From contig JAJDWX010000012.1 of assembly GCA_022825385.1 (NCBI GenBank), positions 17,122-81,121 on the forward strand: DNA of 64,000 nucleotides, read 5' to 3'. Every line of letters begins with the position of its first letter. The first letter of the stretch is position 1. Under the pieces are notes generated by a model. The model had not been told where the DNA came from. It worked only from the letters and a program-made list of their open reading frames with translations, and did not search any database. Shown piece by piece: positions 28,974 through 39,842 of this stretch. The translations under genes were made by a program, and so were the position numbers. The stretch is from Rhodothermales bacterium. GTDB lineage: Bacteria; Bacteroidota; Rhodothermia; Rhodothermales; VXPQ01.

Positions 28974-30095
28974 TTGCCGGAGGATGCCATGGAACACCTG
29001 TTCAGCGACTATACGCTACGGATGGTGGCGCTGGGTTCCGCCGTGCTGGGCTTGGTGAGCGGCGGCCTGGGGACGTACGCCGTATTGCGCGGGCAAAGCC
29101 TCCTCGGCGACGCCATTTCGCACGCCGCGCTGCCCGGCGTCGCGCTCGCCTTCCTGCTGACGGGCAGCAAGACGCCGCTGGCGCTCATGATCGGGGCTGC
29201 GCTGGCGGGGTGGCTTGCGACGCTCTGGATACTGTCCGTCACCGAAACCACCCGGATCAAGTACGACAGCATGCTGGCCCTGACGCTATCCGTGTTCTTT
29301 GGCGCGGGGCTCGTGCTCTTGACGTGGATTCGGCAACGGGCCGGGGCGTCCCAGGCCGGGCTGGATACGTTCTTGTTCGGACAGGCCTCTTCGCTCGTCT
29401 GGCGCGACGTGGTCGCCATGGCGATTCCGGGCGGCGGCGCGCTCGCCCTCATGCTGCTTTTCTGGAAAGAATTGAAATTGCTGGCCTTCGACCCGGAATA
29501 CGGGCGGACGATGGGCTTGCCCATGCGGCGCGTGGACCTTTTGCTGACGGCGCTGCTGGTGGTGGCCATTGTGATCGGATTGCAGACGGTCGGCGTCGTG
29601 CTGATGAGCGCCATGATCGTGGCGCCCGCCGCCGCCGGGAGGCAATGGACGGACGCCTTGTGGAAAATGGTGCTGCTCTCCGCGGGGTTCGGCGCGGCGG
29701 GCGGCGTAACCGGGGCCGTGCTCAGCAGCCTCGAAACCGGCTTGCCCACCGGTCCGCTGATCGTACTTTGCATGGGCGCGATCGTGGCGGCGTCGCTCTT
29801 TTTCGCGCCGAACCGGGGCCTGCTGGGGCAGCGCCTGCGAAGACGCCGGAACGCGGGACGCTTCCAGCGCGAAACCGTGCTGCTGGACCTGTACGCGCTG
29901 GGCATGCAGCACGCCGATCCGCTGCGCCCCCACCCGCAGGGAGCCGTGCAAGCCATGCGGGCAAAAGACATTCCCGTAGACCGCCTGCTCATGCGCCTGA
30001 ACAAGGAGGGGCTGGTCCGCCGCGCGGCGGGCGGGTGGGGCCTCACCGACGCGGGCCTGCGCCATGCGGAAACGCTGCAAAAAGAACGCCGATGA
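28974..30095 (+). CDS. ABC-3 family metal permease with a C-terminal winged-helix-like extension
   Basis: The membrane core contains LGDAISHAALPG. An extra tail of about 90 aa includes RLLMRLNKEGLVRRAAGGWGLTDAGLRHAE. Confidence 0.8.
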   Translation: MPEDAMEHLFSDYTLRMVALGSAVLGLVSGGLGTYAVLRGQSLLGDAISHAALPGVALAFLLTGSKTPLALMIGAALAGWLATLWILSVTETTRIKYDSMLALTLSVFFGAGLVLLTWIRQRAGASQAGLDTFLFGQASSLVWRDVVAMAIPGGGALALMLLFWKELKLLAFDPEYGRTMGLPMRRVDLLLTALLVVAIVIGLQTVGVVLMSAMIVAPAAAGRQWTDALWKMVLLSAGFGAAGGVTGAVLSSLETGLPTGPLIVLCMGAIVAASLFFAPNRGLLGQRLRRRRNAGRFQRETVLLDLYALGMQHADPLRPHPQGAVQAMRAKDIPVDRLLMRLNKEGLVRRAAGGWGLTDAGLRHAETLQKERR

Positions 30096-31207
30096 CCCAG
30101 GCAGAGATCGAAATTCAGATGCTCGCCGTGGTCGTGGCGGCGGCGTGCGCGCTCCCGGGCGCGTTCCTTGTGCTGCGCAAGATGGCCATGATGAGCGACG
30201 CCATAAGCCACGCTATCTTGCCGGGCATCGTGGCGGCGTTCTTTTTAACCCACAACCTGAATTCCCCTCTGCTGATTCTGGCCGCGGCGGCCACAGGGGT
30301 GTTCGCCGTCCTGCTGGTGGAATTGCTCATGTCCACGCAGCGGGTTCGGGAAGACGCGGCCATCGGGCTGGTGTTTCCCGTATTGTTCAGCATAGGCGTC
30401 CTCCTCATCGCCCGCTACGCCGGGGACGTGCACCTTGACGCGGATGCAGTGCTCCTCGGCGAACCGGCCTTCGCTCCGTTCGACCGGCTCGTCGCGCTGG
30501 GCCGGGATATCGGGCCGCGCGCGCTGTATGCGATGGGGGCCGTGGGCCTGGCGAATGTCGCGTTCGTCGCGCTCTTCTACAAGGAATTGAAGATCGCCGC
30601 GTTCGACGCCGGTTTGGCGGCGACGCTGGGCTTCGCCCCGACGCTGATTCATTACGGGCTAATGACCTCCGTGTCGATCACGGCGGTGGCGGCTTTCGAC
30701 GCCGTAGGTTCGATCCTTGTCGTGGCCCTGATGGTCGCTCCGCCCACGGCGGCCTACCTGCTGACCGACCGGCTCCGCGACATGATCCTCCTGAGCGCGG
30801 GGCTTGGCGTGGTCGCCGCGGTGGCCGGATTCCAGGCGGCCCGCCTGCTCGACGTATCCATCGCCGGCGCCATGGCCAGCGCGGCGGGCGTAGTGTTTGC
30901 GATCGTCTGGCTGGCGGCGCCCCGATACGGCGTGCTGGCGGGCCGACGGCGGCGCATCCGGCAAAAATGGGAATTCGCCGAAAAAATGCTGGCCATTCAC
31001 CTGTTCAACCACGAAGGACTGCCCGAAGCGGACACAGAACACCGGATCGGACACCTCGAAGAACATCTCTCCTGGGAACAGGATTTTGCGCGACGGGTGG
31101 TCCGCAGGGCGCAATCGAACGGACTGGTGCGGCGGGCCGACGACGACCTGCTGGCCCTGACGCCAAAAGGGCGCGCCGCCGCCTCCGAAGCCATTACGAA
31201 TCTGTAG
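30092..31207 (+). CDS. Second ABC-3 metal permease, also with a C-terminal winged-helix-like extension
   Basis: The start ATG at 30092 overlaps the upstream stop (ATGA). The core contains MSDAISHAILPG. The tail contains VRRAQSNGLVRRADDDLLALTPKGRAAA. Confidence 0.8.
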   Translation: MTQAEIEIQMLAVVVAAACALPGAFLVLRKMAMMSDAISHAILPGIVAAFFLTHNLNSPLLILAAAATGVFAVLLVELLMSTQRVREDAAIGLVFPVLFSIGVLLIARYAGDVHLDADAVLLGEPAFAPFDRLVALGRDIGPRALYAMGAVGLANVAFVALFYKELKIAAFDAGLAATLGFAPTLIHYGLMTSVSITAVAAFDAVGSILVVALMVAPPTAAYLLTDRLRDMILLSAGLGVVAAVAGFQAARLLDVSIAGAMASAAGVVFAIVWLAAPRYGVLAGRRRRIRQKWEFAEKMLAIHLFNHEGLPEADTEHRIGHLEEHLSWEQDFARRVVRRAQSNGLVRRADDDLLALTPKGRAAASEAITNL

Positions 31208-33707
31208 ACTGCGCGTTGGGATCGGCGGGGCTGGCAGGGCGTTGCGCCCGCCGCGCGCTGTGGCGATTGTCCGCATAGCGGCGCCAGACCGCAACCCCGA
31301 ACCCCCCGGTAAGCAGTAAAAACCCGAACCACAGAAAATTGATGAACGGCTTTTCCCAGGCCTGCACCACGATCCATTCGTCCGGCGAGACGGCGACGCC
31401 CTCCAGAAACAGGCGAATGGAGCCGTTATCCACGTTCATGCCCGTAAACGTGACCGTCAACCCCCAATCGTTCACGCGATTCTGAATGTATTGCTGCGAA
31501 CGGTCCTGCATGATCAGGTAGGCCGGACTCAGGCGGCGGGTTTCGCGGGTCTCCAGATTCGTGACGTCCAGCAAGGCCGCCACGCCAATTTCCGTGGAAT
31601 CGGGCAGGTCGGAAATATTCGTCTGGTAATCGACGAACCGGATGGCGAAGGCGTCGTCTCCCACCACGGTGGAATCTCCCCGAGAGATCGTCAGTTCGCC
31701 CTGTTGCGCGGACGGGTCTTCGGATTCGTCGGCGGCCTCGTACATGGCGCTCGGCGACACCGCCACGAAGACATCCTTGTCCGGGTACATTTCATGGTCG
31801 GGATGCTGGATCCACTGCGCCTGATCGCTCTTGTACACGACGGGCCGGACGGTGAAGGCGCGTCCGTTCGGATCGACGAAATCCAGGACGTACACCGGAC
31901 GGTTGCGGGCCGTCCGTTCGCGCCCGGACCAGGTAACAAGGTATCCCCCCACCGAGCGCGTCTGGCCTCGCTCCAGCACGAACGTATCCGACCGATCCGC
32001 GAGCGGCGCGCCGCGCAGGACGCCAATGGGTTTGCTGAACCCGCTGGACGCCACGATGGCCAGCGCCATAATGGCGAACCCCACATGCGCCGTCGCGCCT
32101 CCCGCCATGCGCGGATTGCCGCGCCCGATCCTCCAGAGCACCATGCCGTTCCCGTAGAGCGCGAAGAACGCCATGAACACGAGGAGCAGCAGCAGAATGC
32201 CCGTCCCGTAGACCGCCCCGAACCCCTGGATGCTTTCCAGCAACCCGAACCCCGCCTGCGCGGCCTCCGGCGCTGCGCCCGCCGCCGAAACATCCGGACG
32301 CTGAATGGTTTCCGCCGCGAACGGCGTGAAAACAAGCACCGCGACCGTGCTGACGACCGCCCCGACAATGGGTTTTAGCAGCACCCGGTTCGCCTGTTCG
32401 ATATTCATCCGGTTCCACCAGAACAACTGCCCGAGGCCGGCCAGAAACACGATCAGCACGGAAAGCGGAAGCGACCACTTGTTGTAGAAATCTATCGGCA
32501 CGGTGGAAGGCGCCTCCCTGAACAATTTCCCCAGAATAGGCGAACTGGTGCCGACCGTAACCACTGCGGCCAGACAGGCCAGCAGCATCGCGCCGCAAAA
32601 CGTCATGAATTCGCGCGAGAGCACGTTGGGCTCCCGCTCGGGCGCGGGCAACTCCCGGTAGCGATACGCAAAAAGGCCAAACCCGACCGCGCCCATGCCC
32701 AGTATCCACACAAGCAGCTGGTTCATCATCCCCAGATCGACGAAGGAATGCACCGACACGTCGCCCAGTATGCCGCTCCGGGTCAGAAACGTCGAATAAA
32801 TGACCAGCATGTAGGAAAAAATGCAGAACAGGAAGGTGGATTTGTGTCCCCGCCCGCTTTTCTTCCGGATAATCATGGCGTGCACCGCACCGATGCCCGT
32901 AAGCCAGGGCACCAGGGAAGAATTCTCCACAGGATCCCACGCCCAGTAGCCGCCAAACGAAAGCGTTTCGTACGCCCAGTAGCCCCCCATCGCAATGCCG
33001 ACGCCCAGCACGGCCGTAGCCCCAAGCGCCCACGGCAACGCTTGCGGAATCCACTCGGTATACCGGCGTTTCCAGAGTCCCGCAAGCGCGAACGCAAAGG
33101 GAACCGCCATCAGCGTGAAGCCCGCGAAAAGCGTGGGGGGATGAATCACCATCCAGTAATTCTGGAGCAGGTCGTTCAGGCCCGACCCGTCCGCCGGTAT
33201 GAAACCCGGTATCTGCAGCATGGGCGCGTCCGGGAACTTGTCGGCCAGCGTGGCAAAGGGGGACGCGCCCACCTGCAACGGTCCCAGTTGCAACCCCGCA
33301 ATCATGGAAACGAGGAACCACTGCGACCCCGCCAGAATGGTCATCACGGGGGCTTCCCAGTCGCGGCCAACGCGCGTCAGCGCCAGGCCAAGCGCGCTCA
33401 TCAGAAGAATCCAAAGGAGAAACGACCCTTCCTGTCCGGCCCAGAAAGACGAAACCAGGAAATGGGTCGGCAGCGAGCGGGACGTTTGCTGATAAACGTA
33501 GGCGTACTGAAACTGATGCGTGAGGAGCAGGACCATCAGGATCGCCGCCGCGCCTGCAAGGCTCGCGGTCATAACGACCCAGGCGATGCGGCCGATCTGC
33601 TTCCATTCGGCATGGCCGGTGCGCGCAGCCCGAAAATAGGCGTAGCCCGCAAGCGCGCAGACCACGAAGGCGAACAGGATCAGAATGTGTCCGATGACGC
33701 CGGACAT
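31194..33707 (-). CDS. ccmF: Cytochrome c-type biogenesis heme lyase, CcmF/NrfE family
   Basis: 837 aa polytopic protein with the WWD motif FGGYWAWDPVENSSLVPWL and with WAGQEGSFLLW. Confidence 0.85.
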   Translation of the reverse strand: MSGVIGHILILFAFVVCALAGYAYFRAARTGHAEWKQIGRIAWVVMTASLAGAAAILMVLLLTHQFQYAYVYQQTSRSLPTHFLVSSFWAGQEGSFLLWILLMSALGLALTRVGRDWEAPVMTILAGSQWFLVSMIAGLQLGPLQVGASPFATLADKFPDAPMLQIPGFIPADGSGLNDLLQNYWMVIHPPTLFAGFTLMAVPFAFALAGLWKRRYTEWIPQALPWALGATAVLGVGIAMGGYWAYETLSFGGYWAWDPVENSSLVPWLTGIGAVHAMIIRKKSGRGHKSTFLFCIFSYMLVIYSTFLTRSGILGDVSVHSFVDLGMMNQLLVWILGMGAVGFGLFAYRYRELPAPEREPNVLSREFMTFCGAMLLACLAAVVTVGTSSPILGKLFREAPSTVPIDFYNKWSLPLSVLIVFLAGLGQLFWWNRMNIEQANRVLLKPIVGAVVSTVAVLVFTPFAAETIQRPDVSAAGAAPEAAQAGFGLLESIQGFGAVYGTGILLLLLVFMAFFALYGNGMVLWRIGRGNPRMAGGATAHVGFAIMALAIVASSGFSKPIGVLRGAPLADRSDTFVLERGQTRSVGGYLVTWSGRERTARNRPVYVLDFVDPNGRAFTVRPVVYKSDQAQWIQHPDHEMYPDKDVFVAVSPSAMYEAADESEDPSAQQGELTISRGDSTVVGDDAFAIRFVDYQTNISDLPDSTEIGVAALLDVTNLETRETRRLSPAYLIMQDRSQQYIQNRVNDWGLTVTFTGMNVDNGSIRLFLEGVAVSPDEWIVVQAWEKPFINFLWFGFLLLTGGFGVAVWRRYADNRHSARRAQRPASPADPNAQSTDS

Positions 33708-34166
33708 AGGCTCAGGGTATCCTTGATTTTTCTGCGCGAGCCAGCGCCAAACGCAACGTTAGAAGGATCAGGATACGCAGGACAGATCGTCGAACGCCGT
33801 CCCCATGCGCCCCGCCGTTCGCGAAAAAGCGGAGCGCCCCGGCCCGTCCAGGCGCGGCAAGCGCCCGAAACCGGCGCCGGGGCGTCTCCCGAAAAGGACG
33901 CGCTCCCGAGCGGTGGATAGAAGAACCTCTACCTTGAACAATGCGGGAATCACTCGCATTCTTTCGATCGTCCCTGCCTTTCCGAAGAAAAGACCTCGCT
34001 TGCGAAGAAGGAGGCTGGGCCTGCCGTCCGAATCCGAAGACCGACTCCCTGAATATCTTCTTGTCAGGTTCTTATATGCATCCGCAACAGGCGCGCGCTA
34101 TTCGCATCCGTTTACGGACAGGAATAGCCCTTTTAACGGCAAGGCCGCGACGGGTTCCCCGCCTGG

Positions 34167-36602
34167 TCACCACGCCAGGCGAACCCGGAGATTGAACGTG
34201 CGCGGCGTCAGGCGCGTGGGAATGCGCTCCCAGATTCCGTCGCGGTTGGGCGTCCAGGCATAGGCCACCGTGTTCGTCATATTGAACGCATTGAGCAATT
34301 CCATGGTCAATGCCAGGCGCAAGCCCGGCGCGACGTTCACCGTCTTCGTTGCGCCAATATCGACGCGGCGGTACGCGGGGTACCGGGCCGAATTGCGTTC
34401 GCCGGGCGCCTGAACCACGAATTGCCCGACTTGCCGGTCGGGGATGGGCGGGGTGTAGGGAAATCCGCTCCCGAAAAGCCCGCGCAGATGGGCCTGCCAG
34501 GTGGAATCCCGCGGCACATAGTCCTGCACGAAAAACGAGAGGGTGTGCCGCTGGTCCGACGGACGCGCAATGGTTCCGCTGCGATGCTCGGTCCGGTATT
34601 CCGGCAAAAACGTCTCGACGGCGCGCAGATACCCGTAATTCAGGCGGCTTTCGAGGCCGGGCACGAGTTCGCCGTACAGATGCACGTCCAGCCCCAGCGC
34701 CTGCCCCTCTGTATCGTTCCGCCCGGAATACAGGAGGCGCACGTTCCGCACGTCGTAGGATATGAGCCGGTCCATATCCCGGTAAAAGGCGGCGGCGCGG
34801 ACATGCAGGCGCCGGGCAGGCAAAAAATATTCGCCCCCCAATACGTATTGTATGACCTGCTGGGACCGGATATCCCTGTTCAGCGCGTCGGAGATGGCTT
34901 CGCCCGGCGCAGGCGTTCCCCGAAATTCGCGATAGGTGGGCGTCTGGTGATAGTAGCCCCACGAACTGGTCGCCGTAAAGCGTTCGCTGACCGCGTACCG
35001 GGCCGAGATTCTCGGAGAGACGGTCCAGGCGCCGTTGAAAGAAAAACGGTCCGCCCGCGCCCCGGCGGTAAGGAGCAGCCCGCCGCGCCGTATGGTATCC
35101 TGCGCGTACGCGGCGGTTTGCCACGCCGAAAGCGCGGCTTCGCCGGAGAAGCGGTTCGCCTCGATACGCACGGATTCCCCGTTCGTGTCCCTGCCGTACA
35201 GGTTGGCGTACTCGTCGATCCGGTCGGAAAAAGAATAGGCCCGGACGCGCCAGCCCGCTTCCGCCGCATGCCGCCCCGCCCGCCATCGGTACCGCCCCTG
35301 CCCGGTCCATGCGGCGCTTTCTATGGCGTTGTCGGCGAACTCCTCTTCGGTCACGTTGCCTATGGGGACATGGCCCGCGCCGGTCGCCGGATCGCCCCCG
35401 GGATCGACGCGAAACACGACAGAAGACCCCTCGATATCGAAACGTTCCGTCTCGGAAACGGCAAACCAGGCCACATCGTGCTCCGCATGGACCGAAGGAG
35501 CAAGCCGGTTCAGCAAACGAACCCCTGCGAACCGCGTTCGGTACCCGTCGTTTTCCTCGCCCTCGTACCGGGTCCAGAAAGAACGCAGGTCCGACGGCAC
35601 GTCGGGGTCGAGGCTCACCACGCCGAACCAGGTCTTGCGGCTCTCCGGGCTGAATCGGAACGCATGGTTGGCGTACATGCCCAGCGCTTCGATTTCGTGC
35701 CCCGACCCGAAGCGCCAGGTAGCGAGCGCCTGTACGTCCGTGTAGTCGGGACGATAATCCCCCTTCCGCTCCTGCGTACGGAAAAAATGCTGCGCGCGCG
35801 CTTTCCGAAAACCGGCGTTCCACCCAAAACGCCCGTCCGCCACGGCCCCCCGGTGCGCAACGCTGGCGTCGAGCAACGACGCGGAAGCGGACCCGGCCAT
35901 GGATTCGACATACGGGCGGCGATAGCGCGTTTCCAGCACCGAGGACAATTTCCCGCCGTATTTCGCCGGAAATCCCCCCGTGTACAGCACCACCCGGTCG
36001 GTCAGGTCGGGATTCAGCAAACCAAGCCCTTCCTGCTCCCCTTGTCTCGGGCGCAACGGCATGTACGTCTCGAACCCGTGGATCAGGACAAGATTCTCGT
36101 GAAATCCGCCGCCATGCACCGAATACTGATTGGAAAGTTCGTTGTTGGCCGCGACGCCCGGCAGGACGCTGAGCGCCTGGAACCCCTTGAACGGAGAAGG
36201 CACGTTGCGAATGGTCTCCGATTCCAGTTCGTATGCCCCGGGGTCCGTAAAAAACACATCCCCTTCCACCACAATATCCTCCATTTCGACCAGGGATGGC
36301 CTCAGGCGAACGTCGAGGGCCGTCGTTTCGCCCGGCCGGATCTGTACGGGCCGCCGGGCGGTCTCGTACCCCACCGCCGAGAAGCGCAGCGCGTGGGTTC
36401 CCGGCGGCAGCCGGAGTACGTAGGTCCCGTCCTGCCTGCTTGCGGTGCCGAAGTTGGTTCCGCTTACCAGAATGCTGACGTCGGGGAGGGGGGCGTCCTC
36501 CGCAGCCGTCAGGACGCGCCCGGACGCCGCCCCCCATTCCTGGGCAAGGGCGCCGAAGGGCCAAAAGGCGGCGAAAGCGAAAAAGGCGAATGCAGCGCGC
36601 AC
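34167..36602 (-). CDS. TonB-dependent outer-membrane receptor with an N-terminal CarboxypepD_reg-like domain
   Basis: Signal peptide present. The segment GRVLTAAEDAPLPDVSILVSGTNFGTASRQDGTYVLRLPPG is followed by plug and barrel regions. The protein ends in an aromatic residue (LAW). Confidence 0.85.
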   Translation of the reverse strand: MRAAFAFFAFAAFWPFGALAQEWGAASGRVLTAAEDAPLPDVSILVSGTNFGTASRQDGTYVLRLPPGTHALRFSAVGYETARRPVQIRPGETTALDVRLRPSLVEMEDIVVEGDVFFTDPGAYELESETIRNVPSPFKGFQALSVLPGVAANNELSNQYSVHGGGFHENLVLIHGFETYMPLRPRQGEQEGLGLLNPDLTDRVVLYTGGFPAKYGGKLSSVLETRYRRPYVESMAGSASASLLDASVAHRGAVADGRFGWNAGFRKARAQHFFRTQERKGDYRPDYTDVQALATWRFGSGHEIEALGMYANHAFRFSPESRKTWFGVVSLDPDVPSDLRSFWTRYEGEENDGYRTRFAGVRLLNRLAPSVHAEHDVAWFAVSETERFDIEGSSVVFRVDPGGDPATGAGHVPIGNVTEEEFADNAIESAAWTGQGRYRWRAGRHAAEAGWRVRAYSFSDRIDEYANLYGRDTNGESVRIEANRFSGEAALSAWQTAAYAQDTIRRGGLLLTAGARADRFSFNGAWTVSPRISARYAVSERFTATSSWGYYHQTPTYREFRGTPAPGEAISDALNRDIRSQQVIQYVLGGEYFLPARRLHVRAAAFYRDMDRLISYDVRNVRLLYSGRNDTEGQALGLDVHLYGELVPGLESRLNYGYLRAVETFLPEYRTEHRSGTIARPSDQRHTLSFFVQDYVPRDSTWQAHLRGLFGSGFPYTPPIPDRQVGQFVVQAPGERNSARYPAYRRVDIGATKTVNVAPGLRLALTMELLNAFNMTNTVAYAWTPNRDGIWERIPTRLTPRTFNLRVRLAW

Positions 36603-36696
36603 GAGACGGTACGCTCCCGGTTTGAGATCAGGGCCGGACGGCCTTCGGTCGATGCGCAGTCCGATGTACGGGTTCTCTTGTGAATGCGTGCTTGCG

Positions 36697-38172
36697 TCAA
36701 TAGGCGCGGGCGAACAGAACGCGGCGGTTCGACGGCTTGCCGGTCAGCATATCCCGACCTGCTTCTTGCGCGCCATCCATGGGGATACAGCGGATGGTCG
36801 CTTTCGTTTCCTGTTTGATGCGCGCCTCCGTCGCCGGATCGCCGTCCCAGTGGGCCAGCACGAACCCGCCGCGCCGGTCCAGCGTGTCCTTGAACGTCTC
36901 GTAGTCGTCGACGCGCCGGGTGGAATCTTCGCGCAGGGCCAACGCCCGATCAAACAGGCCTTGCTGAATATGGTCGAGGGCCGCCCGGATTCGGTCGGGA
37001 AGCCCTTCCTGCGAAACGATTTCCTTGCCGGGCTGATCCCGGCGGGCCATTTCCACCTTGCCGTTCTGGACGTCCCGGGGGCCGATAGCGAGGCGGACGG
37101 GTACGCCCTGCACTTCGTATTCGTTGAATTTCCAGCCGGGACGATGCGACGTCCGCGCATCCAGTTTGACGCGAACGCCCGCCGCGCGCAGGGCCGCCTG
37201 GATGCGCTCGGCCGCTTCGAGCACAACCGTCCGCTCGGCGTCTTTCCGAAAAATAGGCACGATCACCGCCTGCACGGGCGCAAGGCGCGGAGGCAAAATC
37301 AATCCCTCGTCGTCCGAATGCGTCATAATGAGCGCGCCGATCAGACGGGTAGAGACGCCCCAGGACGTCGCCCACACATATTCGAGCTGGTTTTCCCGAT
37401 TCTGGAATTGGCAGTCGAACGCCCTGGCGAAGTTCTGGCCCAGAAAATGGCTGGTGCCTGCCTGCAACGCCTTGCCGTCCTGCATCATGGCCTCGATGCA
37501 ATACGTATCCACCGCGCCCGCAAAACGCTCGCTGGCCGTTTTTACGCCCCGAATCACCGGCATGGCCATCCATTCCTCGGCGAACGTAGCGTATACTTCC
37601 AGCATGCGGCGGGCTTCCTCGATGGCTTCCTCTTTCGTTTCGTGGGCCGTGTGCCCCTCCTGCCACAGGAATTCCATCGTGCGCAAGAACAGCCTGGTGC
37701 GCATTTCCCAGCGCACGACGTTCGCCCATTGATTCACGAGAATGGGCAGGTCCCGCCAGGATTGGATCCAGCTCCGGTACGCGTCCCAGATAATCGTTTC
37801 GCTGGTGGGACGGACGATAAGATTTTCTTCCAGTTTCGAAGCGGGATCGGGCAGGAGGCCCTCGCCGGACGGATCTTCCGCAAGGCGCGAGTGGGTAACC
37901 ACGGCGCACTCCTTGGCGAATCCCTCCACGTGTTCGGCTTCCCGCGCCAGGAAGGACTGCGGTATGAACAAGGGAAAATAGGCGTTCTCATGACCGGTTT
38001 CCCGGAACATGTCGTCGAGCGCCCGGCGCATATTCTCCCAAAGCGCGCAGCCGTTCGGGCGAATCACCATGCACCCGCGCACCGCCGAATAGTCGGCCAG
38101 CTTCGCATGTTGCACAATGTCGAGATACCATTGGGCGTAATCTTCCTGCCGGCTTGTAATCGCATCGGCCAT
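36697..38172 (-). CDS. proS: Proline--tRNA ligase (archaeal/eukaryotic-type class II)
   Basis: 491 aa. The N-terminus is [35 protein letters not shown], and the C-terminal Zn-binding-type domain ends in ARAY. Confidence 0.9.
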   Translation of the reverse strand: MADAITSRQEDYAQWYLDIVQHAKLADYSAVRGCMVIRPNGCALWENMRRALDDMFRETGHENAYFPLFIPQSFLAREAEHVEGFAKECAVVTHSRLAEDPSGEGLLPDPASKLEENLIVRPTSETIIWDAYRSWIQSWRDLPILVNQWANVVRWEMRTRLFLRTMEFLWQEGHTAHETKEEAIEEARRMLEVYATFAEEWMAMPVIRGVKTASERFAGAVDTYCIEAMMQDGKALQAGTSHFLGQNFARAFDCQFQNRENQLEYVWATSWGVSTRLIGALIMTHSDDEGLILPPRLAPVQAVIVPIFRKDAERTVVLEAAERIQAALRAAGVRVKLDARTSHRPGWKFNEYEVQGVPVRLAIGPRDVQNGKVEMARRDQPGKEIVSQEGLPDRIRAALDHIQQGLFDRALALREDSTRRVDDYETFKDTLDRRGGFVLAHWDGDPATEARIKQETKATIRCIPMDGAQEAGRDMLTGKPSNRRVLFARAY

Positions 38173-38489
38173 AATATTGCACAGTCGGCGTCGTTTGGTA
38201 AAGGGCGCTATCGCGGGCGCACTGGACGAAAAATCGCAGGCCTACCGGAGCGAATTCGCCTGGAATGCGAAAAAAACGGTCCCGAATTTTTCGGGATCTC
38301 CGGGAATGGCCCGATGTTTGCTTTATTCCGGGGCAAAGCCGCTGGAATCGAACGAACGTCGTTCTTTCTTCAGGGAAAGCAATAAGTTCCGTCGTTTGTT
38401 TGCAACCAGCCGGCACCTTATGCATCCTTATCCGTACATTCCTTTAACGGAAGCGCTGCCCTCAAGTTTTCACCAAACCGGTTGCCACC

Positions 38490-39842
38490 ATGAAACGATC
38501 GACATTACATGAGCGGGAAACCGCTCGCCCCGCATTACGCGCGGCGCCCTTCGCCGCAGCGCTGCTTGTGGCGTTGCTGTCCGGTTGTTACACGCAATTG
38601 AGCACCGTTCAGCAATACGAACGGTACCCGGATTACGTGGAAGTGGTGGAAAGCGCCGAGGACACGGTCGTAACGGAACGCTACTACAGCGACCGGTACA
38701 TCTACAGCGGTCCCTACGGATATCGCCGGTATTTCGACCGGTTCGACTACGGCTGGAGCCCGCAATGGTCCTACAGTCCGTTCTTCGGATCGTCCTGGCA
38801 CGACCCGTTTTGGTACGATCCCTGGAGCTACGGATACGGATACAGCGGCATTAGCGTGGGCGTCTCCTTCGGATCCCACTGGGGCTGGGGCGGAAATCGC
38901 TGGGGGCACAGCCCGTGGCATTATAGCCCCTACCATTACAGTCCCTGGAACTATAATCCCTACTACCACCGTCCCTACGGCTATTATCCGGGCTACGCGC
39001 ATACCTGGAATCCGTATTACGGAGGGTGGCGGTACGATTATCCGGGATCGATTCGCCCGAGAGACGGGGAATGGGGACGGCGCGGCGCGACCATGGGACG
39101 GGGTGCGAGAACCGATGGATACGCCGGGGACGTCGGAAGGAACGGCGTCCGCGAGATAGGCAACGCGGGCGGCGCTTCCGCCGGCAAGACGCGCAGCGGC
39201 TCGGCTGTTTCCGGCGGGCGTTCGGCGCGCAGCGCACCAGGCGCCACGACCAGCAGGGACCGCGATACGCGCCGCAGCGCCGCGACAAGGAGCGGATCCA
39301 GCGGGCGCACCGTACGCTCGACGCCAGGGTCCCGGTCTTCGGCTCCCAGTGGCAGCCGGAGCACGGCGCGCGCGTCCGGCTCCTCGCGCAGCGGCGATAG
39401 CGGTTCGAGCGGACGCACCGTAGAGCGCACGCCCTCCTCGCGCAGCAGTGGAAGCAGCGCAAGCGGACGCACCGTACGGCAGACGCCCGGGTCCCGGTCT
39501 TCGTCGTCCACCGGCAACCGGAACACCGTGCGGCGGACGCCCTCCTCCCGCAGTAGCGGAAGCAGCTCGAGCGGACGCACCGTACAGCGGACGCCTTCCT
39601 CACGCAGTAGCGGAAGCAGCTCAAGCGGGCGCACCGTACAGCGGACGCCCTCCTCTCGCAGCAGCGGAAGCAGCTCGAGCGGGCGCACCGTACGGCGGAC
39701 GCCTTCCTCTCGCAGCAGCGGAAGCAGCTCGAGCGGACGCACCGTGCGTTCTTCCCCGCCGCCCAGGTCCTCCTCGGGCAGCAGCGGACGGTCTTCTTCG
39801 GGAGGGTCTTCCTCGTCTTCAGGTCGTTCCCGCGGGCGATAA
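38490..39842 (+). CDS. Low-complexity lipoprotein: a Y/W/P-rich region followed by an S/R/G-rich repeat region
   Basis: The lipobox is LVALLSGC. An aromatic-rich block (SPWHYSPYHYSPWNYNPYYHRPYGYYPGY) precedes repeated GRTVxRTPSSRSSGSSSS units. Confidence 0.7.
   Translation: MKRSTLHERETARPALRAAPFAAALLVALLSGCYTQLSTVQQYERYPDYVEVVESAEDTVVTERYYSDRYIYSGPYGYRRYFDRFDYGWSPQWSYSPFFGSSWHDPFWYDPWSYGYGYSGISVGVSFGSHWGWGGNRWGHSPWHYSPYHYSPWNYNPYYHRPYGYYPGYAHTWNPYYGGWRYDYPGSIRPRDGEWGRRGATMGRGARTDGYAGDVGRNGVREIGNAGGASAGKTRSGSAVSGGRSARSAPGATTSRDRDTRRSAATRSGSSGRTVRSTPGSRSSAPSGSRSTARASGSSRSGDSGSSGRTVERTPSSRSSGSSASGRTVRQTPGSRSSSSTGNRNTVRRTPSSRSSGSSSSGRTVQRTPSSRSSGSSSSGRTVQRTPSSRSSGSSSSGRTVRRTPSSRSSGSSSSGRTVRSSPPPRSSSGSSGRSSSGGSSSSSGRSRGR
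39534..39745 (+). repeat. 57-bp (19-codon) tandem repeat, about 3.7 near-identical copies, with more diverged copies upstream from about 39280
   Basis: Read directly: the unit cggacgccctcctc.cgcag.agcggaagcagctcgagcgg.cgcaccgtacagcgg repeats head to tail and in frame. Confidence 0.9.
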
